Of a stretch of DNA of 64,000 nt, positions 1 to 9,682 are shown piece after piece. Position 1 is the first letter of the stretch. The number at the start of each line of letters is the position of its first letter. Source of the stretch: an uncultured Methanoregulaceae archaeon. GTDB taxonomy: Archaea; Halobacteriota; Methanomicrobia; Methanomicrobiales; Methanospirillaceae. The notes below the pieces were generated by a model. That model saw only the letters and a program-made list of their open reading frames with translations, was not told the DNA's origin and ran no database searches. A program made the position numbers and the translations under genes. The DNA lies in assembly GCA_963705255.1 (NCBI GenBank), contig OY970061.1, positions 2,176,001 through 2,240,000 on the forward strand, given 5' to 3'.

Positions 1-1180
1 CTGCCTCGCTTACAGCCTTGGCTACTGCTGTAACAACATTACGATTGAGGATCTGGGGAAGAATCCTGTCCTTTTGCGGCCGTCTGACATATCCGGCAAG
101 AGCATGTGCGGCAGCAACCTTCATCTCATCTGAGATCCTCGTCGCACATACATCAAGCGCACCGCGGAAGATACCCGGGAATGCAAGGGCATAGTTGATC
201 TGGTTGGGAAAGTCACTGCGCCCGGTGCCGACTATGGCAGCACCCGCCTGGAGAGCGTCCCCGGGAAGGATTTCCGGGACCGGGTGCGCGAGTGCGAAGA
301 TGATGGGATCCTTGTTCATCGAGCGGATCATCGATGCGGTGATAATCCCCGGAACAGACACCCCTATGCAGACGTCGGCGCCTTTCATGGCCTCGGCAAG
401 TGTTCCCGTCCGCTCTGTCAGGTTGGTCTCCGCTCCGATGATGAACTTGTATTTATTTGCATACAGTCCTTCGCGATGCCGGTGAATGATCCCGCCGGTG
501 TCACAGACGATGATGTCGTTGACGCTGCTGCAGAGGTTGGGATCGTACCCGATGCATTTCAGCATCCGCGCGATGGCAAACCCTGCAGCCCCTGCGCCAC
601 ATATGACGATATTGAGTTCTTCGAACCGTTTCTTGGTAACCTTGCACGCGTTCAGGAGCGCGGCAAGGACAACGACGGAAGTGCCGTGCTGGTCATCGTG
701 CATTACCGGAATGCCGATGCCCTGCAGCGACTCTTCAAGTTCGAAGCATTTTGGTGCGGCGATGTCCTCCAGTGCAATCCCACCAAAAACCGGGGCGATA
801 TTCTTGATATCATCGGCAAATTCCGTGTGGTAACTTTCAAAGCAGATAGGAAATGCATCGATACCGGCAAGTTTTTTGAAGAGGAGTGCTTTTCCTTCCA
901 TCACGGGGATGGCGGCATATCCCCCGATGTTCCCGAGAGAGAGTACCCGCGAGCCATCCGATATGATGGCGATGGTATTCGCCTTCATCGTGTATTTGTA
1001 AGCGAGGTCCTTATCACGGTGGATCTCCCTGCACACGGATGCGACTCCTGGTGTATAGGCTAGGGAGAGTTCCCTGCGGTTTGTGACAGGAACCTTTGAG
1101 TGGATCTCGATCTTTCCCTGGTGCTTCCGGTGAAGTTCGAGCGATTCTGCGTAAACGTCCTTCTTCTTTCCCCGGCTCAT
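1..1180 (-). CDS. NAD(P)-dependent malic enzyme (3' end runs off the window)
   Basis: Read manually from ATG at 1180: MSRGKKKDVYAESLELHRKHQGKIEI...LSLAYTPGVA. Carries the malic enzyme motifs VMEGK, NLEDI, HDDQHGT, GAGAAG and GRSDFPNQINYAL. Confidence 0.93.
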   Translation of the reverse strand, partial: MSRGKKKDVYAESLELHRKHQGKIEIHSKVPVTNRRELSLAYTPGVASVCREIHRDKDLAYKYTMKANTIAIISDGSRVLSLGNIGGYAAIPVMEGKALLFKKLAGIDAFPICFESYHTEFADDIKNIAPVFGGIALEDIAAPKCFELEESLQGIGIPVMHDDQHGTSVVVLAALLNACKVTKKRFEELNIVICGAGAAGFAIARMLKCIGYDPNLCSSVNDIIVCDTGGIIHRHREGLYANKYKFIIGAETNLTERTGTLAEAMKGADVCIGVSVPGIITASMIRSMNKDPIIFALAHPVPEILPGDALQAGAAIVGTGRSDFPNQINYALAFPGIFRGALDVCATRISDEMKVAAAHALAGYVRRPQKDRILPQILNRNVVTAVAKAVSEA

Positions 1181-1250
1181 GCATAACCCTGCATTGAGTC
1201 AATGAACGCGATGGCATACCATCAATGTTATTGTCGGAAGGATCGTACGG

Positions 1251-1679
1251 TCACTGCGGCCCGTTTAACCCGAATGCAGCGTCGATCCAGGCGGTAATCT
1301 CATCCCGGACCCGGCGATATCCTTCGAGAATCTCATCATCAGTACCGGGTGTCAGGTGGGGATCGGGGAATCCCCGGTGAATGGTTCTTTTTGCGGCAGT
1401 CACAACCGGGCAGACCTGGCGGGCACGATCGCAGAGCGTAACGGCCAGATCAAAATGCATACCGGATACTGCATCAAGTGTCTTCGACCGATGGCCCGAG
1501 ATATCGATCCCGATCTCCTGCATCACAGTTATTGCACGTGCACTGACTTTGGACTGGCGGGTGCCGGCGGAAAAAGCCTCGAACCGGTCGCCATACCTTG
1601 CCCTCAGGTAACCCTCTGCCATCTGGGAACGTGCAGCGTTGGCGGTGCAGATGAAGAGGACCCGGGTTTTTTCCGTCAT
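1251..1679 (-). CDS. arsC: Arsenate reductase, LMW-PTP (thioredoxin-dependent) family
   Basis: P-loop CTANAARSQMAEG, resolving cysteines in TLCD..VCP, and a DP motif. Start at 1679 overlaps the hgcB stop. Confidence 0.88.
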   Translation of the reverse strand: MTEKTRVLFICTANAARSQMAEGYLRARYGDRFEAFSAGTRQSKVSARAITVMQEIGIDISGHRSKTLDAVSGMHFDLAVTLCDRARQVCPVVTAAKRTIHRGFPDPHLTPGTDDEILEGYRRVRDEITAWIDAAFGLNGPQ

Positions 1680-2104
1680 TTTCCCTCGCAACACGATGAC
1701 TCTTCTTTGTCCCCCCCGCAGCTGCATTCCCCGCTGTCCATGTCCTTTCCCCGCAGGGCCGCGCTTATCATCGCCCAGGCACACCCGACCCCGCTCTGTA
1801 CGGTAATTGCCTGAACGGGACAGTTTAAAGCGCAGGCGCCGCACTCCATGCAAGAGGCAGGACGGGCGAGATCGACATGGTTATATCCCTCGGTATAAAC
1901 TGCGTGCGGGCAGACCTGAAGGCAGCGTTTGCAGTTGATGCACCGGTCTGGATCAAGTTTCAGCGTGGTCTCCCTATAGGAGTCGAAGAATCCTGCCGGA
2001 TTCTTCTCCCCGTCGAGGTTCTGAGAAACCTTTCCGGAGTCGGAGAACCCTGATGGCTTGTTCATCTCACCGGGGTTTTGAGGAACCTTTCCGGAATTGG
2101 GCAT
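1676..2104 (-). CDS. hgcB: Mercury methylation 2[4Fe-4S] ferredoxin HgcB with a 38-aa repeat-derived N-terminal extension
   Basis: Two CxxCxxCxxxCP motifs, the second being CMECGACALNCP. Also GVGCA and a Cys-rich tail (CSC..CC). TGATG overlap with the hgcA stop. Confidence 0.93.
   Translation of the reverse strand: MPNSGKVPQNPGEMNKPSGFSDSGKVSQNLDGEKNPAGFFDSYRETTLKLDPDRCINCKRCLQVCPHAVYTEGYNHVDLARPASCMECGACALNCPVQAITVQSGVGCAWAMISAALRGKDMDSGECSCGGDKEESSCCEGK
1979..2101 (-). repeat. Two tandem 57-bp units (9-bp direct repeat + 48-bp double hairpin) inside the hgcB 5' end
   Basis: Minus strand reads CCCAATTCC-[48 nt]-TCCGACTCC-[48 nt]-TTCGACTCC. Protein reads PNS-GKVPQNPGEMNKPSGF-SDS-GKVSQNLDGEKNPAGF-FDS. 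Confidence 0.85.
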
Positions 2105-3176
2105 CAGATCACCCCGATAAGACGGCTCACGCCAAGCACTATCCCAATAATTACCCCGGCACCGGCCATGAGTGCCATGACGGGTACGTACCGGAAGATC
2201 TCCTTCTTCACACCTGTCCGGGAAGTGAAAGTTGTTGAGCCGGTGAAATTCAGTGCAAGATATGCGGTTACAGCAGGTATGATGAGGAGCGGGGCGAGGG
2301 CTCCGGCGGTTGTTGCCCAGCCGGGCAGGGCCGGCGCGGAAGCGAAGGCAATTGCAAACGGAATTGCCATGACTCCCCCAAGAAGCAACCCTTTTGAGGA
2401 GAAGTCCTTTGTCGGGAGAACCGGTAGCAGAACCGGGAAGATCACCGTTCCTGCCATTACCGCGACAATGGCTGCAAGTGCAGCTACCGGGCCGGCAAGG
2501 AACCAGAGCGTGACGGCGGCGATAATCGCCGGAAGCGCGACATTGATGAATTCGACGGGGATAAGGACGGCGCGATCCCAGAGCGGGAACACCACCCTGC
2601 GCATCTCCGGTGTCGCCTTATGCACCCTGAGGTATTCCGGGAGGTCGCGCGCCCGTACCGGGCCGTATTCAACGGAAAAACCGGATTTGTGCAGGACTTC
2701 CGGCCATGAAATTCCCGGTGCCCGAGCTGGGGCACGATAATCTTCGTATGGTCCACGACACCTGCAAGCCCCGTGACTTCGATTCTCCGTACCAGTTCCT
2801 CCGTCCCGAACGTTCCCTTGCCCGCGGCGCACCAGACATTGATCCCTTTGGTATCCAGAACCAGAATGAACGCATCGAATCCTCCGAGTACAGAACGCAG
2901 GGCATCGAAACTCAGGGTATAATTTGCCGAAGCAAAGACCGGGGATTCCGGGGTGGGGTTCCCGAGCCGGTACAGGCCGGGCTCCACGCGGTGCCCGCCA
3001 CGGTTCACGCCCCAGCGGGCGAGGAGATGGTCGAGCCGGTTGGAGACGGTAATCGCGCTGTCAGTAGTCCGAATCTCCGGTGGTGACGAGCGGTCTGTCC
3101 CGCAACCGCAGGACGGAATAACCTGTCCGGGTGAACAGGTGCAGCGATCTGATCCGGCTGTTGGGATCGTATCTAT
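2104..3176 (-). CDS. hgcA: Mercury methylation corrinoid protein HgcA (one frameshift near 2720; start uncertain, ATA at 3176 or GTG at 3008)
   Basis: Cap-helix motif GINVWCAAGKGTF in ORF 2484-3008. C-terminal transmembrane region ending FTGSTTFTSRTGVKKE in ORF 2104-2832. Adding one G to a G run restores PQLGAPGIS. Confidence 0.93.
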
Positions 3177-3191
3177 AATCTCCCCTCCCCC

Positions 3192-3476
3192 TCACTCGCG
3201 CTCATGGAAGAGCGGGCCGAGCACCTCTTTTACCATACTACTCAGGTTCTCGGCTTTCATCAGTGCAAGGCAGCAGACACTGCCATTCTTCTCCCAGCTG
3301 ATCAGGGCGAGTTTGTCCCCGGTTTTGATCCCGGCTTTCTCACGGACATCCTTGGGGAGCACCATCTGTCCCCGCTCGTCCACCGAGAGGACCGCTTCGA
3401 CTTTACAGCCTGATCCCGGTGTGCATCCGCACTCAGTTCCCGGACTACACCCGATACCGCTGTTCTTCTTAAGCAT
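3192..3476 (-). CDS. AbrB/SpoVT-like HgcAB-associated protein (HgcC-like), Cys-rich
   Basis: AbrB-type pattern SVDERGQMVLPKDVREKAGIKTGDKL, N-terminal GC..CGC..GC and an internal CC. Lies directly upstream of hgcA. Confidence 0.8.
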   Translation of the reverse strand: MLKKNSGIGCSPGTECGCTPGSGCKVEAVLSVDERGQMVLPKDVREKAGIKTGDKLALISWEKNGSVCCLALMKAENLSSMVKEVLGPLFHERE

Positions 3477-3520
3477 CTGGATTCTCCGGATTATTGTTGG
3501 CACGTCCACTATTTATATTT

Positions 3521-3557
3521 TCAGAAAAATCAGAAAATTCTTATTTTTTAAATATAT
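3521..3557. promoter_or_regulatory. Palindromic operator candidate and TATA-like element upstream of the hgc cluster
   Basis: AAAAATCAGAA-AA-TTCTTATTTTT at 3525-3548 (arms match 10/11), an extra TCAGAAAA half-site at 3521, and adjacent minus-strand TATATTTAAA. Confidence 0.5.
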
Positions 3558-3641
3558 GATGGCAAAGGAACTGCTGATACCAGTTTGTGCAATTGTGAAC
3601 CGTAATCCATTTGTCTTCCCTGGATAATACACTCACAATCT

Positions 3642-4160
3642 ATGGCGGCGTTCGAGTGCGACCATTGCGGGAAATGCTGCAGGAGCTTCGGTTCATTCAT
3701 CACCATCGAGCGCCAGCTGAACGACCGGGACTACTATTGCCGGTATGGTATCACCGGTGATCTGTTCCTCGTGCACGTTGACGCGGATTTTGCAGAAGAG
3801 GTATCTGAAAAATTTTCTGACGGTCCAGGGGCAGACCCTGTAAAAAAACCCTGTCCATTCCTGTGCAGGGGGAAGGATGGTGAAGGATTTTCCTGCGCAG
3901 TCTATCCTGCACGACCGCGGGTATGCCGGGAGTTCCGCTGTTACCGGATGCTGATCTTCAATCATGGGGGACAGCGTTGCGGGACGGTAATCGGGGCGCA
4001 GGAAATTAGCACGTCAGACGAAGTTCTTGCACAGCTCTGGAAAGAAGAGATCGCATCCCTGCCCCATGCACATCCCCCGGGCGCGAATGATCCCGAATGG
4101 GTGAAGAAGGTTACCGGCATCCTCGCAGTTCATGGATACCGCGGGGAACCGGCAGAATAA
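3642..4160 (+). CDS. YkgJ-family (CxxCxxCC) cysteine cluster protein
   Basis: FECDHCGKCC...CPFL...CAVYPARPRVCREF pattern. Confidence 0.85.
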   Translation: MAAFECDHCGKCCRSFGSFITIERQLNDRDYYCRYGITGDLFLVHVDADFAEEVSEKFSDGPGADPVKKPCPFLCRGKDGEGFSCAVYPARPRVCREFRCYRMLIFNHGGQRCGTVIGAQEISTSDEVLAQLWKEEIASLPHAHPPGANDPEWVKKVTGILAVHGYRGEPAE

Positions 4161-4164
4161 ACTT

Positions 4165-4728
4165 TTATCTGGAAGAAGTGGAAGCGTTGGTGGCAGCAGT
4201 GGCGGGAGCTACGTAAACGTTGGGCTTGCACCCTTCGTTGCGGTAAAGGGCCCACTCCTCACATGTCGTTCCGTTGGGGAACGTGCACATGCCGTACTGG
4301 CTGCCGTCCGGGTTGGACATGATCTGGGTCGTTCCACCAATGTTTCCGCAGTTGACCGAGGCAGGATTGGCCATGCCGATAGTGGCAGGCTTTGTTGCGG
4401 CCTGCACGTACGGTTTGCAGACGTGGTCGTTGAAGAGGGCCCACTCCTCGCATGTCGTTCCATTAGGGAACGTGCACATGCCGTACTGGCTGCCGTCCGG
4501 GTTGGACATGATCTGGGTCGTTCCACCAATGTTTCCGCAGTTGACTGATGCCGGGTTTGCCATGCCCGCACTTACCAGCGCTGGGGTTGTAGCGGGTGTT
4601 CCCTGAGCCGGAACAACGGTAGTCTGTACCGGGGTCTGTGCGGGCTGCTGCGTACACCCCGCAATGAGCAATACTGCGACGATACAGGCTAGAATAACAA
4701 AAATGCTGGTTCTGGACATCGTACTCAT
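4165..4728 (-). CDS. Secreted/lipoprotein with two DUF333-like domains
   Basis: Signal peptide ending IAGC, then two copies of MANPASVNC..GG...G.QYGMCTFPNGTTCEEWAL. Confidence 0.85.
   Translation of the reverse strand: MSTMSRTSIFVILACIVAVLLIAGCTQQPAQTPVQTTVVPAQGTPATTPALVSAGMANPASVNCGNIGGTTQIMSNPDGSQYGMCTFPNGTTCEEWALFNDHVCKPYVQAATKPATIGMANPASVNCGNIGGTTQIMSNPDGSQYGMCTFPNGTTCEEWALYRNEGCKPNVYVAPATAATNASTSSR
4247..4566. repeat. Intragenic direct repeat, 189-bp period
   Basis: 4277-4356 is identical to 4466-4545 (80 bp), with near-identical flanks. Confidence 0.95.
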
Positions 4729-4791
4729 CCAAGGATATCTGTAGGCAGGCACGCATTAAAAAGGTAGTTCATCCAGAAGTTTTGGATCGGG

Positions 4792-5585
4792 TCAGGGAAG
4801 CATCCCGGATCTCATCTGCGATACGTACCTCTTAAGTTCCCGGATCATTTTGTCCGGCGCATTCAGGTTCCGTTCAATGATATCAACAATCGCGCTGCCA
4901 ACGATCACTCCATCAGCCCCGGCTCCTGAGCAGGTCTTCGCATGATCGGGGGTTGATATACCAAAACCCAGGGCAAGGGGAAGATCAGTATGCCTGCGGA
5001 CCCGGTGCAGCAGTTCGATTGCACCCGACGACATCTCGTCTCTCATACCGGTCACGCCAAGAACTGATACGAGGTAGAGGTAACCCCCGGCCTTCCCGGC
5101 AATTTTCCTGATCCGCTCGTCTGACGTTGTCTGGGCGATGAGAAAGATCGGATCAATGGCAAAACGGGCTGCAGTTTCGCAGATCTCCGTGGACTCCTCG
5201 ACCGGCATATCCGCGATCAGGATGCCGTCGACCCCCGCATCGTGCGCTTCCCGGTAAAACCGCTCGATCCCCCGGTGGTAAACCGTATTGTAATACGTAA
5301 GGAAAACGATGGGTACCTCCGATGTTTTCCGGATATCCCTGACGATGGCAAAGACAACGTCGGGGCTTGTTCCGGCTGCACGTGCCCGTTCATCCGCCTT
5401 CTGGATGGTCGGCCCGTCAGCAACCGGATCAGAGAAGGGTACCCGAGCTCCAGAATGTCCGTCCCGCCCTCAATAAGAGCACGGGCGATCCGCACACAGG
5501 TCTCCTTATCCGGGTCCCCGGCCACAGTAAAACCGATGAAAGCCGGCGTCCTGCAGTTCTTGAAGGTGTCAGCAATCCGTCCCAT
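4792..5585 (-). CDS. trpA: Tryptophan synthase alpha (frameshift near 5440)
   Basis: PAFIGFTVAGDP..ELG in one frame. PFSDPVADGPTIQ, YLYLVSVLGVTG, GFGIS and DGVIVGSA in the other. Confidence 0.93.
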
Positions 5586-6757
5586 CACGCACACTCCTGC
5601 GTCCTTGCCACTTCGGCAACGTCCTTGTCCCCGCGGCCGGAGAGGTTGATCACAACAATGTCGTCTTTATCAAAGCGGTCCGCGTTTTGCATGACATACG
5701 CTACCGCGTGGGCTGATTCGAGTGCGGGAATAATTCCCTCGGTCCGGGAAAGGAACCGGAACGCGTCGAGCACGTCAGGGTCGTTGACCGCGGTATAGGT
5801 CACCCGGTGACGGTCCCTGAGCATCGCGTGTTCGGGCCCTACTCCCGGGTAATCGAGGCCTGCAGATATACTATGGGTAGGGAGCACCTGTCCGTCAGTA
5901 TCCTGCAGCAGGTAGGAGAGCGCCCCGTGCAGCACTCCCGGCTCCCCGGCGCACAGCGTGGCCGCATGTTCGCCGGTCTCTATCCCTTTCCCTCCGGCTT
6001 CCACGCCGATCAGTTCCACGTCGTCCCTGAGGAACGGGTAGAAGATGCCGATCGCGTTCGAACCCCCGCCGACACAGGCCACTATCGTATCAGGGAGCCT
6101 GCCCTCTTTTCTCATCACCTGTTCGCGTGTCTCCCTGCCGATCACGGCCTGGAAGTCCCGGACAATACGGGGGTACGGGTGCGGGCCTACCACTGAACCG
6201 AAGAGGAAATAGGTGTCCTGTACGTTTGCCACCCAGTTGCGGAGCGCCTCATTGACTGCGTCCTTGAGGGTACGGGTCCCGGAAGTGACCGGGACAACCT
6301 TTGCCCCCATCAGCTCCATCCGGAAGACATTGAGTGCCTGCCGCTGCGTGTCGAGTTCACCCATATACACTTCAACGGACATCCCGAGCGCCGCCCCGAC
6401 GATCGCCGTTGCAACGCCGTGCTGCCCTGCACCCGTTTCGGCGATCAGTTTCTTCTTGCCCATGCGCTTTGCCAGCAGCGCCTGTCCGAGGGTATTGTTC
6501 AGCTTGTGCGATCCTCCGTGCACGAGGTCCTCCCGCTTGAGGTAGACCCTGCACCCGAGTTCCCGCGATACGTTCGCGCAGAACGTGAGCGGTGTCTCCC
6601 TGCCGGCGTACTCTTTCTGGAGTGCAGCAAGATCGGCAGCGAACTTCAGGTCATTCTCCACCTTTTCATAGGCTGCTTCGAGTTCGAGTAATGCGCTCAT
6701 CAGCGTCTCCGGGACGTATTGCCCGCCATATTTCCCGTACCGTCCTTTCTGTATCAT
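5585..6757 (-). CDS. trpB: Tryptophan synthase beta
   Basis: [32 protein letters not shown] and NLSGRGDKD motifs. Confidence 0.97.
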   Translation of the reverse strand: MIQKGRYGKYGGQYVPETLMSALLELEAAYEKVENDLKFAADLAALQKEYAGRETPLTFCANVSRELGCRVYLKREDLVHGGSHKLNNTLGQALLAKRMGKKKLIAETGAGQHGVATAIVGAALGMSVEVYMGELDTQRQALNVFRMELMGAKVVPVTSGTRTLKDAVNEALRNWVANVQDTYFLFGSVVGPHPYPRIVRDFQAVIGRETREQVMRKEGRLPDTIVACVGGGSNAIGIFYPFLRDDVELIGVEAGGKGIETGEHAATLCAGEPGVLHGALSYLLQDTDGQVLPTHSISAGLDYPGVGPEHAMLRDRHRVTYTAVNDPDVLDAFRFLSRTEGIIPALESAHAVAYVMQNADRFDKDDIVVINLSGRGDKDVAEVARTQECA

Positions 6758-6758
6758 C

Positions 6759-7337
6759 TCAAAAACTCCTGCATGCAGCAATAAACGCCCGCATTTTCCC
6801 GTGGTCCTTGATCCCCGGCGACACTTCAACCCCGCTTGCTACGTCCACCGCGTACGGGTGAACCTGCTGGATCGCGTCGCGGACATTTTCTGCAGTCAGC
6901 CCCCCTGCAAGGATTACTGGTACCCTGGATTGCTGTACCGCGGCGCGGGCATAGGACGGATCATACTGTCGCCCTTTGCCATGGCTGTCATCGATAATGA
7001 CGGCATCGCAGTCTTCCGGCAGGAGATCACCCCGGCCGATGACCCGGATCACCCGGACCCCCGGATCTTCCCTGAATACGAAAGGGTGTGAGATCTGGAT
7101 AACATCCGGGTGCAGCGCAAGCATCTGTTCAAGATCCTGCCATGAATTCGTATGGCTGACTGCAACTGTGGCCGTGAACGGTCCTATCGAATCAAAGATC
7201 TCCCGTGCCCGTTCCGGAGAGACGACCCGGCGCGATATACCTCCGGAAAATACGACAACACCGATCGCATCGGCCCCGGCCTCTTCGGCAAAACATGCAT
7301 CTTCCGGCTGCGTAATCCCACAGATCTTTATGCGCAT
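6759..7337 (-). CDS. trpF: Phosphoribosylanthranilate isomerase
   Basis: [19 protein letters not shown] and VDVASGVE motifs. Confidence 0.95.
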   Translation of the reverse strand: MRIKICGITQPEDACFAEEAGADAIGVVVFSGGISRRVVSPERAREIFDSIGPFTATVAVSHTNSWQDLEQMLALHPDVIQISHPFVFREDPGVRVIRVIGRGDLLPEDCDAVIIDDSHGKGRQYDPSYARAAVQQSRVPVILAGGLTAENVRDAIQQVHPYAVDVASGVEVSPGIKDHGKMRAFIAACRSF

Positions 7338-8089
7338 ACGAACTCCTCCAGTTTTTTTCTCGGCTGTTTATGGGCCATGATTGAAGAGCCAATCAGGAAC
7401 GCATCGCAATAGGGTTTCATCTCCCGGATGTCGTCGGCTGACCGCATCCCGCTTTCGGAGACCACCAGTTTTCCCTCTTTCCGGAGTTCCTCCGAAAGAA
7501 GGCGGGTGGTCGAACGATCGATCGTCATGGTCACGAGGTCCCGGTTGTTGATACCGACCAGCAGTGTCTCTGTAGCAAGGGCAGCATCGGCTTCAGCCCG
7601 GGTGTGCACCTCCACCAGAGGTTCAAGGCCGTAGTTCTTGGCGAGATCCACAAATACCGGGAGGCGTTTCCCCAGCACAGCGGCGATCAGGAGGACCGCA
7701 TCTGCACCGAGAGCCCCGGATTCGGCGACCTGGCGTTCGTCAATGATGAAGTCCTTGCGGAGCACCGGCAGGCAAACAGCACTCTTGACGCGCTCGATGT
7801 CCCGCCCTGTTCCCCCGAAAAAGTAGGGCTCGGTGAGGACCGAGATTGCGACGCAGCCCCCTCCCGCAAGTTCGCCGGCCATCATCGCCATGTCAACGTT
7901 GCGCCGGATGATGCCACCGCTTGGCGATGTGCACTTGATCTCGGCAATCACCGCGTTTTTGCCGTTTCTGTTCCGTATTGCAGCCGCGAGGCTTGCTCCC
8001 AGGCAGGGTTTTTCTGTGGTCTCGGGAAATGACTCCGGCAGTCTGGCAACCCGTTTCACGGTGCGCCGCACAATCTCGTCCAGTATCAT
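7328..8089 (-). CDS. trpC: Indole-3-glycerol phosphate synthase
   Basis: [28 protein letters not shown] and SESG motifs. Confidence 0.95.
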   Translation of the reverse strand: MILDEIVRRTVKRVARLPESFPETTEKPCLGASLAAAIRNRNGKNAVIAEIKCTSPSGGIIRRNVDMAMMAGELAGGGCVAISVLTEPYFFGGTGRDIERVKSAVCLPVLRKDFIIDERQVAESGALGADAVLLIAAVLGKRLPVFVDLAKNYGLEPLVEVHTRAEADAALATETLLVGINNRDLVTMTIDRSTTRLLSEELRKEGKLVVSESGMRSADDIREMKPYCDAFLIGSSIMAHKQPRKKLEEFVCA

Positions 8090-9104
8090 GCTGCACTCCG
8101 GGTAGCCGTGACAAGTGCGTCCAGCCTGGCACGGGCCCTGCCTGAATCTATGGAGCTGGCAGCACGCTGTATCCCCTCGTGCAGATCACCGGCCCGCCCC
8201 CCGATATAGATCGCTGCTCCCGCATTCATCAGGACAATATCCCGCGGTGCGCCCCGTTCGCCGTCGAATATCTCGCGGATGATCCGGGCATTTACTGCGG
8301 CATCTCCTCCGACCAGATCCTCAAGTACCGCGGGTGCAATACCAAAAGTACCGGAGGTCAGGATAAACGTGCGGGTCACTCCCCCGTCCAGTTCAGCAAC
8401 GATAGTCTCTCCTGTCGTGGTGATCTCGTCCAGACCGTTCCCGTGGACCACCATGGCACGGGAAAGTCCAAGGCGCCTGAGCACATCTGCGACCGTCCCC
8501 GTTAACCCGGGCCGATAAACCCCGAGAACCTGGGCCTGTGCCCCGGCAGGGTTCGCCAGCGGACCGAGAAGATTGAAGACGGTCCGGCACCCGATCTCCT
8601 GCCGTGCTGCCATGACGTGTCGCATTGCCGGGTGGTGGTGCGGAGCGAAGAGAAACGCGATGCCTGCCTGTTCTACGATCTTTGCCTGTAATCCCGGCGC
8701 TACCGAAATATCCACTCCCATTTCGGTGAGAACGTCAGCAGATCCGCACGTGCTGCTCACGCTCCGGTTCCCATGCTTGACGATCGGCACTCCTGCGCCA
8801 GCTGCCACGAATGCCGAAGCGGTACTGATGTTAAATGTCCGGGTGCCATCCCCCCGGTCCCGCAGGTATCGACCAGCATCCCTTTGACCGACGGCCTGAC
8901 CTGTATGGCATGCCTGCGCATCACTCCTGCAAACGCAGCAATCTCCAACGGGGTCTCGCCTTTCATGCGCAGAGCGAGCAGGAACGCCCCTATCTGCGCC
9001 TGAGACGCCCTGCCGTCCATGATGATATCCATGACCCCGGATGCTTCTTCAGTTGTCAGATCCTGGTGGTCTGCCAGCCGGTTGATGGTATCGCTGAACT
9101 TCAT
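8086..9104 (-). CDS. trpD: Anthranilate phosphoribosyltransferase (frameshift in G run near 8850)
   Basis: DTCGTGG in one [26 protein letters not shown] and GLDE in the next. Confidence 0.94.
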
Positions 9105-9682
9105 TGTCCGACTCCTGTCATACAGAGAAAATTTCTGATGATGCGGTCGCCATCCTGCGAGAGGATGCTCTCCGGGTGGAACTGGACACCTTCGATGGGG
9201 TACTTCGTGTGGCGTATACCCATGACATAGTTGTCATCCAGGCTCGTCGCAGTGACCACAAGTTCCCCCGGTAGTGAATCCTCCCGGGCGACCAGAGAAT
9301 GGTAGCGGGTAGCGGTGAACGGCGACGGGATGCCGGAGAAGATCCTCTTGCCATCATGCCGGATCTCCGAGGTCTTGCCATGCATCAGGTGCCGGGCACG
9401 GACAACCTCCCCGCCAAACACCGTGCAGATAGCCTGGTGCCCGAGACAGACGCCCAGCGTGGGGATCGTGCGGCTCATGGTGTCCAGTACCTCAAGGCAG
9501 ACCCCGGCGTCGAGGGGTGTCCCGGGGCCCGGCGAGAGGATGATCCGGTCGCACCCGCTTTCCTGCAGCCGCCCGAGCGGTGTATCACATGTCATAACAA
9601 CCGGGTTACCTCCAAGCTTGCCCACCTGCTGGTACAGGTTGAAAGTGAAACTGTCGTAACAGTCCACGATCAGCACTTTCAT
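9101..9682 (-). CDS. trpG: Anthranilate synthase component II
   Basis: YDSFTFNL, SPGPG, GVCLGHQ and QFHPES motifs. Confidence 0.95.
   Translation of the reverse strand: MKVLIVDCYDSFTFNLYQQVGKLGGNPVVMTCDTPLGRLQESGCDRIILSPGPGTPLDAGVCLEVLDTMSRTIPTLGVCLGHQAICTVFGGEVVRARHLMHGKTSEIRHDGKRIFSGIPSPFTATRYHSLVAREDSLPGELVVTATSLDDNYVMGIRHTKYPIEGVQFHPESILSQDGDRIIRNFLCMTGVGQ

Noticed and set aside
195-1063. Long plus-strand ORFs here and similar antisense ORFs elsewhere (e.g. 12367-13194, 50171-51007, 57459-58151)
   Set aside because: They are antisense shadows of well-supported genes in a high-GC3 genome and have no recognisable motifs.
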